A stretch of 64,000 bases of DNA from Tricharina praecox (taxonomy: Eukaryota): contig NW_026250404.1 in NCBI RefSeq assembly GCF_024521635.1, forward strand, positions 1 to 64,000. Direction: 5' to 3'. Both the position numbers and the translations under genes were made by a program. Under the pieces are notes generated by a model that saw only the letters and a list, made by a program, of their open reading frames with translations, searched no databases and had not been told where the DNA came from. This document shows, piece after piece, positions 44,901 through 57,832 of this stretch (its first letter is position 1; each line of letters opens with the position of its first letter).

Positions 44901-47647
44901 TCAAGGATCATCCTGTTACCGAGAGAACAGCTTGCCAGCCAAGCCAGCAGGCCAGCACCTGCGAGCGGTGGGGACGGTACCGTGCTAAGCGGGACGGACA
45001 AACTCACGCACTCAATCACTCACCTACTATGCGTGACCTTCCCGCCCACTCAGTGGTCGTGGTGGGCGTGCCGGTCACTACTCCCTCCTCCTCTTTCTCC
45101 TCCTCTTCCTCCTCCTCGAAAAGCATATCCGCCGCTCGGCTCTATTTGCTACTGATGTACCGGTACTCTGCTCCAAGTAGAGTCCACTGATGACCGAACC
45201 AGCCCGCGACACCAAACCTAACGCTGCTCGGCTGGGCGCTTCCACCCACCGCAAACATGTCCCCACACTGCACAGTCGTGTGTCTCTTGTGCCACTCAAG
45301 GGAGTCGTTAGCAGTTGACTAGCAGTCAGCAGTCAGCAGTCAGCCATCGAAAGGAAAAAGAAAAAGAAAAGCAAAAGGAAAAGGAAAGACATTGAACTGA
45401 CTGGCTGACCGACTGACTGGCAGCTAACCCCATTGCATGACATCCGCCGTGACCGTGTCTCGACTCTCGCTGCGGAACTTCTAGCATGAAGGATCATGGC
45501 ATCCGCCCCACCCCCTATGCCGAGACTATGTACTCGTACATAGACTTCGAGGTACTCTATATTCCAGGTAGAGGAGCATCAAGGTATGTACCTGGTTGAT
45601 TTCCAAATCTCCACAGGTATGTAGAGTACATAACCCATGATCCATCAACCATCTCCACCCGCCCTTGCCCCTCCTCCCCTTGAGATCCTTTCCCTTCGTA
45701 GACCCCCGTCTCAACCTTTCCAGGAACGGGCCGAGCATCACAGCTCACGACGACGATCAATCGGTACATATATTACCCCCGTTCGTTCGTGCGTTCGCTC
45801 GTTTCGTTCGCCCTAGGCTGCATCCCTCACCGGTCTGCGCGGCGCGCGCGGATCGATCACCGACCCTCGAGTCTCGGCTGTCGTTCGCGGTTCGTGGAGG
45901 TCTATCTAACCCCTCCCCTCACCCCCTTCCCAGTCGTAATGTATAGTCGTATGTAATGTATATGTGTGTCGTATCCAGTCTTCTTCTGCTTTTGCTTCTG
46001 CTCTTGCTTCTGCTGCTGCTTGTTTAACTTCGACTTCGACTTTGTCTGCTTCGTCTTCAAGTTCTTGGACTTCTTGGTGTTCTCAAGGTTGTCCATCTGC
46101 ATTCGTTCGTTTCACATAGCACCGATGCAATGCGATGGCGTTTCCCACCGCCCCTCCCCTCCACTCTAGTGTAGCGTTCGCCGTAGGGTAGCCTGTAGGG
46201 GTTTCTTTCGTTCTTACAAATTGCTCTTCCTTTTGATTTCTATTTATAACGCACCAACCACCCCTGGAGTCCTGGAGTCCTGGAGTCCTGGAGTCCTGGA
46301 GTAACGAGTTTGAAGTTTGACCGCGACCAGGTTCCAGCAGCTCGTGGTATGTAGATCTGGATACCTTATGTATAGTACTCTGCTACATTTACTATACTAT
46401 GGGACTATGCTGCATAGTACTAGGCACTTGGGATATAGATACTCCACTGTTCTATACGATACTATAGCATACTTCCTATGCTATAGTACAGTAGACGTCT
46501 ATGTATGTACATAGGTACGTATGTGCGTACGGGAAATCGGAATTCGAAAAGAAAGAAAGAAATAAGTGGATACGAGGAATCCTCCTCGGCTTCAGATCTT
46601 TCCGTGATGATCGTTCCGAGATTATTCCGAGATCATTCTAGGTTTCTATCACTATGATATGTAGGTAGGTGTGATTTGGCCGATGTGCCGGGCGTGAAAG
46701 GGGTTGATTACAGGTTTCTACACAGCCTACGGGGCGGGTTCCTATATCAACAGGTTTCTATACAGGTTCACTTACAGGTTCACATACACACAGGTTACCA
46801 TTCGGACAGTTGGGGTGCGCGAGACTGGGCACTGCACTGGGCACTGGACACTGGGCACTGGGCACTGGGCACTGGCCGGAGATCATCCGTACATACATGA
46901 GTACTATATGTAGTAGTACTATGTGCTATATGTGAGGCGGTGAGGCGTTCGGATTTACTTGCCTATGTACTTACATAGAGACCTAGAGACCTAGATAGTA
47001 GAAACCTATATGTCTACGCACCTATGGATGTACATAGAGACCTACTTTCCTACTTACCGGCCTATACATCTATGCCTTTACCTATCAATTTACATAAAGA
47101 CCTCATTATATAGAGACCTACCCACAACCCCACCTATACCGCCCCGCTCCACCGGCGGCAGGCAGGCAGGTCAGCCAAATTCCTTCAGCATGTTCCAAGG
47201 GGCCAACCACGGTCCACCATCCACCATCCACAACTGCAATATTCGCCGTATCTGAGTCTAGAGCAGAGCGTTTATATTGCGCAACCAGTGCAACCTGGTA
47301 CGGTATCCACTGGCGGGGGCGTCACCGAAACTTAGTTTGTGTAGTATCTAGTTAGCGGTGGCTGTCAGGCTTGTCAGCTGCCACTGCCACTGCCACTCAG
47401 TGACACTGACTGACGGATGATATGATACGGTACCAGATCACGGAGGGGCACACGCACGCGCGTACGTGCGGACGTATCTCGTACGGACAGACGGAAGGGC
47501 GGACGGATAGCTCGGCGGCTTCGATGGCTTCAGCTTCAGTTCGGCGGGAAGGGAAGGGAAGGGAAGCAGGGGCGGGGCGGAGTACTTACTGCTGCGGCCT
47601 GCGGCTGTCTGATTCGCGAGCGTTTCATCGACACGACGACGACAGCG

Positions 47648-48025
47648 CTACTACTACTGCTGCTGCTATTACTGCTGCTACTATGTATTACTGCTGTTAT
47701 TACTACTACTAGGTACTGCTATTACTGCTACTAGTGCTACTACTAGTGCTACTGCTGCTATTACTATTACTACTACTATTACTACTACTGTTGCTGCTGC
47801 TACTATTACCGCTGCTACTATTACCGCTGCTACTATTGCTGCTACTACTTTTACCGCTGCTACAATTACTGCTGCTACTATTACCGCTGCTACTATTACC
47901 GCTGCTACTATTACTCCTACAACTACTCCGTAGCCCTAGAGCTCCAAGCTGTACATATGAGCAGTAAACAAACTACTACTATAACTAGTACTACCACTAC
48001 TGCTAACACTACCACCACTACTACA
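47648..48025. repeat. Compound trinucleotide microsatellite (CTA/CTG/TTA) containing an 18-bp higher-order unit TTACCGCTGCTACTA(CTA)
   Basis: Read directly from the sequence; it accounts for the poly-Leu ORF. Confidence 0.92.
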
Positions 48026-51000
48026 ACCCCGTGATGACGGAGGTTGCCAACCTGCTATTACGGGAAACATCTAAACGCGATTCGGCCGTTCGTTCGTGTA
48101 TAACAACTTCAGCCGGCCGTATACACGGAGAAAGAAGCGCTCGACGAGGAGCCGGAAGCAACCGCACCGGCTGCCACCGTCCCACGGAGCTTCTCCGGCC
48201 CTCGGGTTCTAATTGCGTGTTGCGTTCACTCTACTATACAGACTACATCTACTCTACATTACATGTATGCATTGTACCTATGCAATATTATGTACTCCAC
48301 TTGTATGCAATGTTATGTAGGTACTGCCCGGCAGTAGTAATGAATGTAGGACCTCTACTGCTCCTGCAGTGCAGTGCTGATCATCGTTCGTCCTTTCCCT
48401 CCCCATCCCTCCCCATCCCTTCCCTTGCCTTCCTTTCCGTTTCGTTTCGTTTGAACTTTTGACAGGCAGGCAGGCAGGGTAGATAGGATAGGATGATGGC
48501 GTCTGCAGGAAAATCAAAAAATTTGCAAAGAAACACCCGATGACAGCTACGGACCAGCTACGGACTTTTTTTTCGGTCAAACCAGATGAGACGCCCGCCC
48601 TGCTCTGGGACCGAGGCATGGGGGGAGGGGCGGGAGGGTGTCGGCGGCGGGGACATGGGGCATGGGGCATGATGGGGCATTATGGGGCATGATGGGGCAT
48701 GCTTGGCCGATACTGGTACGTACTGGGCTGCTCGGCTTGGTGGTCGGCTGTGACCCGGAGTTTGTGTGGAGAACAAAGTACTCAAGACTCAAGTACTTCT
48801 ACCTAGGCAAATACTCAACTTGGGTATGATACCTACATAGTAGTGGCCGTGGAGATGTATGGTAGTTATGGTAGCGCGTAGGCCACATGTGACGTGCCGT
48901 AGGTTGTTATGTACGAAAGTCAAACCAAGTACCTGCCTCCTACCTACTATAAATTCATGCCATGAAAAAAAACACGACATGCCCCCCCCCCCCGACTCCC
49001 CGAGTGTGGAGTACACCATTTTCGGCGGAGGTCTAGACGGGCTCTCGGCGGGAGATGAGGACAGCGAGAAGGAAATCAATAATTCTAGCCACTTATTGGT
49101 CGGCTGGCCGGGGTGCGGTACGTCAAGCCATATCGAGCGTCGACTGTACAGCATGTGGCGTTCGCTCGGTTTAACGAGCCTGGTCGTGAATGGATGGCGG
49201 CCACACTTCCTTCTCTCTTTCTCTCTCTCTCTTTCGCTGCTCTTCGTTGCTCTCCGCTGCTCGTCGGGAGATTTCTGCTGAGGATGAATACGACGACTTG
49301 TTTGCTCGGCAATCTATATTATAGTAGCATGTTGACGGATGAAGCGAAATCGTTGGCTGCACCAAACTGACGGGGCCGCTGCGTTGGCCCTTACACGAAA
49401 ATCTCAAGGAGGAGCATGTAGGGTATAGGTAGGTGCTTTTGATTGCCCACCACCACCACCATCCACCATCCACCATTCACCATCCACAATCATCCACCAG
49501 CGTCCATCAATCTGCACGCTTATGGCGCATAAACTCAACTTAACTCGTCCGCTGGTTAGGGTCGACTACGCTTTCAGTCCAAAGGGAGCATCACGAATCT
49601 CAACTTTCAGGTTTCTGCAACATGCGAACCATGGTGGCTGCCTGGCATCTGGATTGCAGTGGCTGAGTAGCTGAGCTGGTTACAGTTACTACTTTCGTGG
49701 GACCCTAGGTGCGACCGGGCATCGACGAGAAGAAGAAAGAAAAAAAGAAAAGAAAATAAAAAAAAGCAATGCGATCATATGTCCGCACGCAGGTCTGGAC
49801 CCAGGCCGAGAGTTGTGATTGAGTGAGTGGGTACCTGGGTCATCCTTAGTTAGGTCCTGCCAAATCCAGGTGGCTTGCTGGTGGAGTCGAGTAGGTTGAC
49901 TTCCATGAATGAACGATGTCTCGGTGCGCAAAGTTACTTGGGGGATGTATGATATTCTTTCGGTGTCTCATTGGTGGCTGCGAGCTGAGGGTACTACCGG
50001 GCTCTTGCTTGCTTCGTCGTTCCGTCGTGTACCCACCGGGAGTGAGTGAGTGGGTGTGGAGGATCTTCGTGTTGGTCCCTCATGCGACTGCGTGGAGCTG
50101 CTGCCGGGTGGTGGTGTACTCCGAAGATCCGGATGTTCCTGATGCAGCTGAGCACCACCATGGTTCTCTGTTTTTTTTCCTTTTCTTTCTTCTGGACAGA
50201 GTGATGATGATGCAGCTGTGAGTAGCGACAAGCAAGTATGTGGTAGCTAATAAGGCGGGTCTACCCAACATAGCGTACCTGTCGGCAAATTCCCATGAAC
50301 CAGAACTCTCCGTGTCGTCCTGTCGGCAAGCAGTACCAGCAGGTTCAATAGCACCTGCTGCTGTCCAACCGCCAACAGCAACGGCAGCGACAAGTAGATT
50401 AGTGTATCCCGAGTTCTAATCCGAGACAACAGAGTAAACCGGTTGAAATCGTGATTGTCGCCCCATATTTGCGTGATAATGCCCATCCACATCAAGTTGT
50501 GTCGGGAAGCATTGGAAACTCCACCACCACTCATCCTTGGTTGAGGCTGAGCAAAAGAGATACATAGCTTTGCTGGTTTTTCTGGCTGGCTGAACCGTCG
50601 AACGAAGGGGGGAAGGGGGGGGTTTGGAGGAACGCCGGTGACGAGTGGATGTTTGCAACCCCCGCCCTTCCCCCCACCAGTTGGCGGGAGCAAGCGAAAC
50701 TGAAGAACAAGTGGGATACAGCTGTCCGCCTGTCCCAGGCCGGATCGATTTTGTGGAATTTGGTCTTTCATCATCTTCTTCGCCCTGCTTCCCGCACGAA
50801 CGACCAACGATTCCCTTCCCATTTTTTTGTTGGATACGGATCGGACGTCGATTGGCTGACGCCCGGTGTTGCCTGGCACATTTCATGGATAACCGGGAGC
50901 TCACGGCGACGTACAACAGGCCCTGAGGAATAATTGGGGGCGCAACGTCAAATTCTTTTCCTCTTCGTGGCAGATATCCTTGCTCGGGCCAGCAGCAGTA

Positions 51001-54000
51001 AACCTGGAACTTCCGTCCGTTAGTCAGATGGGAGGGTCTGTCCTGCTGCGCTGCCTTGCCTGCATCGTTCCGCAAGGAGTTTAGGTGCAGGCTGTTGTGC
51101 AGTTGGGTAGCGAACACGATAGGTGTAGAGTATCGCCACCTTAGGTACTTCCGCTCTCGCCGTTTCCCTTCCCTTCCCTTCCCTTCGCCTTCCCCCGTAA
51201 CTCTTCCGGTCGCGAGGATGTTGTCTGTCGGACGGAATCTCGAGTGCATTCCTCCGTGAGGGGAGTCGCACACACATGGGCGCATTCGGAAGGTCAGGCA
51301 GGAATGGGGCGGAAAAACACACAAAATCGAAAATAAATCATGATTGCACGGAGCCGAAATATGACGGTTCTAGGGTCTCAGAAAGCTGCCAAAAGCCGTT
51401 CTGCAGTTGACACCCGTAGGGCGGGCGGAGGAGGAGGGATGGAGTCGTAAAGGCGGGGCCCAGACCATGCCACCAAAGTTGCCCATGCGCCCCCCCTCCT
51501 CCCCCTCCCCCCCATGCAGGCCCATATGCTATCCGGTGAAGCTCAAGCAAGTAGCTGGCGGTTGGTCGTACTGGCAGGCAGGCTTCGAGCAGCATCAGCA
51601 GCAGCAGCGGCCCCCCGTTCGAAACGTGGAGGTTATGCCCCACAGACGCCGGTGCTGTGCTGTGCTGTGCTGTGCTGTACGGTGGTGCTGTGCTGCTACT
51701 GGCACTGCTGCTGCCGCTCCTGTGTTCATGTCTCTGACGATAAAGTGAAGTGCAGCTTTCATACCACCACTCGTGCACCAATATAGCGTGCCCGTCACTA
51801 GCCATTCCGACGGGCCTGTCAGCGAGGCAGGAAATGCATGAAGTACTGAGACAGTCGTCGTGGCTAGAGCGATAGGTAGGGGATGAACGACGAGGGGGCT
51901 GAAGAGTATCCGATGAGGACGGTGGTTGACTGCTGCCGGCAGTGTACCCGATCGAAGATCGAAGTCCAAATTCCGCGCGCGCGTTCGACGCCGACTGAGC
52001 GGGGGGTGGGCGGAACTGCCTCAACCAGACACAGCCGAGACATACTGGATGATTGAGGCGCAGATACAAGGAGCGTATTCGCCCCAAGAGCGCTTGGGAG
52101 TTTGGCGGGCGGCCTATCGGGGCTGGCAATGTCCGGGAGCCCAAGCGGAGAAGCTGATCAATCGCCGTGGAGCCGAGTTAATGCTCTGCGAATGCTCGGC
52201 GGAGGGGTGGATCGCACTTACCGAGATCGCTGCTGACTTGCGACCACTTCGGCCGCGGATCCCTCGACTGGATGCGGCAAGGCGCCGCTTGCAGCCGCCG
52301 AAAAGTGTCTCTGCAGAATACTCTAGAGTCTATCTAGAGTATCTACATAAGTCAAACAGGAACTTGTGTAGCTCTTCCGACTGTACATAAGTAAATGAGT
52401 GCTCATGGACTTAGCTCATCCGACGCAGCCCGTCGTGACAAAACGTTTGACAGCTGGCGTCTGTCATCTGAGCGACCGCCGCCACCGCTGAACAGACAGC
52501 ACGCGGCCGATTCACAGCTACCGTAGCTTCCGTCACTCTTTGCGGCTAGCGGCGGAGTCCGAAAAGAAACAAAAGAAAAGAAAAGGTAAAAAAGGACGCT
52601 CCCGACTGGAACATAAAAGAGACCGGCTCCTGCTGCTGCGTGTGGCCCACTAAGAGTGGTATCCGCTGTGGGGCATTTCGCCGCGACACTTCTTTACCTC
52701 CGATTAAAGTCGCAGATGAGCGCATTCCTCACCCCTTCCCCTCCCACCCCCCGATACCCAGCGTAGGCCCGGCGCCGGGCCCTGCGCTGCGCTGCTCGCT
52801 AGTAGTGTGGAGAGAAAAAGCCACTCCTGGCGAGCTGTCACCATAGGAACTCGCTGGATGGGTGTGCATAGCTTCCGTCCAATCCGGCGACGTCCCAGCC
52901 AGAATTTGACAGGCGGCAGACTCCGGCCTAACCAGAGAGCTACGCAACCTGCATGACGGCGGTGAAAGTAAAGAACGAAAAGGAAAAAAAAAGAAAGAAA
53001 AAAAATAGACAGCATCAGCACTTCGGCTCCTACCCCCCACAAACAGCGCTGTCCTAACTCTCTACTGCCACCGCATCATCATCATCGATATGAAATCTAC
53101 ACCCTCAGCACGAGATATGTAGTCGATATCGTTGATGCCACCTCGACCATACCGACTGAAGCCCTGCCTCCGAATCTGCCGATTTGCCGGTCACCACCAA
53201 AATGTTGGGCCCCGCCGTGTCCCTGGTGTGCCCATGACACATGCATTCTGCTGCTCGAATGGTCCGTCGATCATCTTTGTCGGGTTACCGGTGTTGGGGA
53301 TCGATTGCACTTGCGCAAGCCCTTCGAATGCGATGACCATTCCGAAACCGGTAGGCCCATGAAGTGCGTACATAGCAGGTGCTCCGGTAGAGGGCCACCG
53401 AATATGGACTCATGGAGAGTCGGAACAGGGCTTTCCTGGTACTCTAGAGATGCCATGGCGCTGGAAGCAGGACTGCGAACCTGATAGGCAGCGCATCTGG
53501 AGTATAGTAGCAGCACCGCAACTGCATCCGTCCCGGGGCCAGTCAAACGATCGTCTTTCCTCCAACTCGCAAAGGCAAACGCCCCGCCCCAGCAGCTCCG
53601 CGACTGAGCACGATCGGCCGGCATCAGGCCATGGGATAGCCAGCGACCCAAAGCCCCGCCGGGTCGACGTCGTAATCATGATCAGAGAGTCTGCGTGTCT
53701 GCGGCGTCACACGTGGCATATGTCCAGCTGTCAAACCAAGTAAGTTGGTATGTAGGTGGGTAGGCCTTCCCGAATTTCCGGCACTTTCTGCTGAACTCTG
53801 ACATGTGGATAGGGTGATTTGCCGGTGAGCCAACGCCCGGAGACGGGGTTCTCTTCCCCCCAGCTGCCTCCGCTGTCATGTCCGTCCGTCACGGCTGTCA
53901 TGTCTGTCATCTCTGTCGATCCTTCAATGTCGGTAAATGGTAGCCTCGCGTACGATTTGGTAAAATGGCTCGCGGCTATTGGCGGCGACGTTTTCGTCGG

Positions 54001-55536
54001 GTATTCCCTTCTGTGTATCATGTCGTCGTGGTATGATGTTGCAGCTGACATCCTTCGCACACTCTCCACTGCGCCGGTTTGCTTCGTCCTTTTCTCCGCA
54101 ACACCCCGACGATTGCGCGTACGCGCGTGTTTCCATAGTGGGCAGTCGGACGGCGCACACTATAATTGGGAGCTTCCCGGAACCTAAGCTGGTGTGAGAT
54201 GTTAGCCGTTGCGATGTGAATGGACGGAACCGCATGCTCACTATGCTTGTCGACGCCGTTCGTTATCTAGACATCACCGTTTGGGTTGGGTTGAGGAGGG
54301 GGGCGGTTTATTTCGTGTGGTAGAGGATGAGAGGTCGCAGAGCCAGTCGGAAGATATAGAGAACGGACGGCGTCCGGGAGGATGAGGAATTCGGACAAAC
54401 ACCTTCGGTTAAGTACGGCCGCGGACATTGAATTTGGCTCGAACGAGATTCTGACAGGAACGGTCTTTTCCTGCCTCTCAGCAGAGGGAAAGTATAGTAT
54501 TTACCGCAACCGGGTAGCAAGGCAAACGCGGACGGGATCAGACCACCACCTCCACCACCACCACCACCAACCACCACAACCAGAACCGCAACCACGACCA
54601 CAAATTAGAGTAACTGGTGCCCCCTATGTACACCAGTCGTCCCAGCCATTGGACGAACCAGCCTCAGCCCGCGGGGGACAAACGGGAGCTGCAATCTCGG
54701 CTTCGTACGTGGCATCCATAGTGACAGCTACCGTTTGGGAATTTTATGGCCGCTTTTGCAACAGGCATCCCTGGCCCTGTGTCAGGGACGGCTGGTGCTC
54801 TCGACCAACCACCGATTATCGACGACAACCTCCCAGTGTGCCGTCTATGGCGGTTCCGCGAGCTGCTGCTGCTGCATTGTCTGATACATACGCTTGTTGG
54901 TGGCCACGCACGAGACGCGTGCGAATCATGGCTGGATCATCGTCGGCCGTCAATGCGGCGCGCGGCACGGCTGAGCAGAAGCGTGGTGTCGTTCGTCATT
55001 CATCCTCCGTCCGTTCGTCGTTCGTCGACGCTGCGAAAGGACAGCAGAGCGCTCGATTCCTCACACGGCCGAATTGCCTTGGGAAATGCGCAAAGGCTGA
55101 TACCGCATACTTCGAGCAAGTACGGCTTCCGTAGTTTATTTAATTCCCGTATATTGCAGGTGTCAAAAACGCGGCAAGTCGCTGGGTTATCCATGCTCGC
55201 ATTTCATAGGACTGACAATGCTTCCGCCCAACTGGAAATGAAGGCACGATACCTACCTATATCCGTCAATGCAATGCGATCCGATGCGGTGCGATGCGAG
55301 GTGATGCGATGCGATTCGATGCGCTTGCGTTCGCGTTCGCCACCTCTTGCTGAGAAGTTCATCCCATCCGCGTCTAAATCACGATGCTCAGGTTTTTCCG
55401 TTTCCAGCAGGATCAACGCAGCATAGCTATGGGGGACCCTGTGCGATACTCCGGGACCTGCAGACTCGCCGCTAACGCCATTTACCGGGCGCTCTGTGGG
55501 TCCTGTCCTGTCCTGTCCTGCCGGTCACAATTCCAT

Positions 55537-55667
55537 CGGATCGAACGGACGTCCGGAATGGAAGACGTCTTGCGGGAAATATGTACCAAGTACATACAAC
55601 CCCCGGATCGAACCGACGTCCGGAATGGAGACGTCCTGCGCGAAATATGTACCGAGTACATACAACC
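55537..55667. repeat. ~67-bp imperfect tandem duplication
   Basis: CGGATCGAAC..GACGTCCGGAATGG..GAAATATGTACC..GTACATACAACC occurs twice. Confidence 0.9.
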
Positions 55668-56644
55668 GTGATGGTAGCAAGTCGCAACCGTACTAAGTAC
55701 CACCACCCGTTCGAGGGCGCTGCGGAAGCCCTGTTGACTCCACCCACGTCCTGGAATGAGATGGACCTCCATACCTAGATAGTGGGTATCGAACACTCAC
55801 TATCCCTCCCCTTCCTTCTCAAGGACGAAGTTCGAACTCTAGAAGCACCCTGCCCAACCTCCCATTTCTCACATTCCTCCAGCCGGCCACCAGCCCATGA
55901 CAGGAATGGCGAATGATTTTTTTCTTTCTTTATTTCCTTATCTGCGGTGCGGAGAGATCCTAAGGCTGGGGGGAGGGCTTGGAAAGGAGGTTCATCCGTC
56001 CGTCCACCCCCCCCCCCCCCCCTCAATGAATCGAGAATCGAGGATTCCATCGATCTGGCAGGTGAATGCATTGCTTTGCCGCCCTGCGGGTATCCGCGAG
56101 ACCCTGCAAGATCTGCCGGTGGTACTGAACGGCGGCTGTTGCAGTTGTTACATAGGTATGAGGTGGGATAGTGGGGATATATTACAGGCTATGGAAGATG
56201 ATGCTAAGAATCGCTCAGCATTCCGCTGTTATCGATGAGCTCCCTGGAAGATGTGTGCCCCGAGAGGTAGAGAGAGAGACCGCATATACTGGAGTAGTTA
56301 TTGCTCTGCTCGAATTGCTGAGCCGTGAATACGTACGTGATGTTTTTGCGAGGGCTCTTTCGCCAATTGGCAATGCTTCTCCAGGCCGGAAGCGGCAGGC
56401 CGAGAGAGGAAGAACACACAAGGAGAAAGAGAAGATGGTGGTTGATCGTCTATTCTATAGATGATGATGATAGAGCAAGAAGAAGAAGAAGAAGAAGAAG
56501 ACCCTGTCGTGGCCTCTAACGTTGATTCACACCGCTACCAACCACATCCGTTTGCTCCCGCCGACAGCAGTCCTCAATCGCCCCGCCACAGTGTTTCGAA
56601 GGCCAAGACCACGTGCAAAACAGTCCAGTCTCTAAGTACATTGC

Positions 56645-56949
56645 GGGCGTATTCGGGTGCCAGCTGCATTTTGAATCCACCACACAAAATTGAGATGCAG
56701 TTTGAAAGTTGAAACCCTCAGTTTCCGAGCGACGGGTGACCGTTCGGCACACCACCCCAAAAAACAATTCGAGAAACCGCATATTGTCGACTGAGCCACA
56801 ATACACATAAAACGTGTGGCGTGCCGTTGAATATCTGGGTTGCCGAACGGGCCATCGGGGGAAATGAGAGTTTGCAGCTGTAGCTTTGGTAACCTTCAAC
56901 TCGGCAGAAACCCCGGGTTTGAAAATGCAGCTGGCACCCGCACAGGCCC
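56645..56949. mobile_element. Probable MITE (possibly PIF/Harbinger-like), ~305 bp
   Basis: Perfect 19-bp inverted repeat CGGGTGCCAGCTGCATTTT (56654-56672 and 56922-56940), extending imperfectly to GGGC..GCCC ends; TAA follows the right end but no left TSD is preserved. Confidence 0.5.
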
Positions 56950-57448
56950 TAAGTAGCTTGCTGGCTCTCCTGCAAGGCTGCAACCATCCGTTTCTGTAAG
57001 CATGGCAAAAAGTCTATTTGCTTTTCTCGGCGTCTACTGTATAAGTTCATAGATATGCTCGGCTGGGCTGGGCTTGAGCGCTCTTCACTTCATTTGATCC
57101 TCTGCAAAAGTGTTTACTACGGTTTGCGACTTGGTGGAATGGTTAATGGTTCTGGTTTTGGTTCTGGTTTTGGTTCTGCGTCTTCACACAATCACACGGC
57201 ATTGCCACATGGCCGTGCCGCGGCAATGATGAGCCTCTTCCACGTCCCTTCCACCGTTACATTTTTTTCGGCAGGGCCGCTTAGCATACCTATTACTTCC
57301 TATGTACTTCCATTCCCCGAGTCGTTCCGCCAGCCCTCCTGGTGCTCGGAGCCTCGGCATCTCGGATGGCAATCTAATCACAATAATATCGTTTCCCGTC
57401 CCGTCCGTCTGGTACTAGTATGTACATACCGTAGTACCCCCGTTCGCC

Positions 57449-57832
57449 CAGTGTTCTCCATGATCTGGACGGGCTGGACGGGATCGGTCCAGTCCCGTGC
57501 CTTCCTTTTAGAGGACAGGAATCATAGAAGTACGCCATCCCGTCCGCCAATTTTGCTGGACGGGGTTGGACTACAGTCCGGTAGTGAAAAAAATGCCGCT
57601 ATTTTCAGCACTTCCCCCATCCAATATGACAGTTAAACCTTTTCGCGACACCATCTTCGTGCAGTACCACAGTACCAGTCTTGGCAGTTGGCCGTAGTCG
57701 ACTGCAGTCCGTCCCGCCCGACCGTACTAGCGGACCAGTCGATCCAACTCACACCTCGGGACGGACTGGATGTATGCAGTCCAGTCCCGTCCATGGGTCT
57801 GGACGGACTGGGCCGGACTATGTAGAACACTG
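57449..57832. mobile_element. hAT-type MITE (384 bp)
   Basis: TIR CAGTGTTCT(C/A)CA (11/12), perfect 8-bp TSD CGTTCGCC (57441-57448 and 57833-57840), many subterminal GGACGG/CAGTCC motifs in both orientations. Confidence 0.92.

Noticed and set aside
47734..47967. Poly-leucine ORF resembling a signal peptide or membrane protein
   Set aside because: It is a translation of the trinucleotide microsatellite.
50247..55426. Several 200-300 aa ORFs (50416-51324, 51338-52144, 54382-55134, 54746-55426)
   Set aside because: They have low-complexity composition, run through microsatellites, mostly have non-ATG starts and show no recognisable domains; such ORFs are expected by chance in GC-rich DNA.
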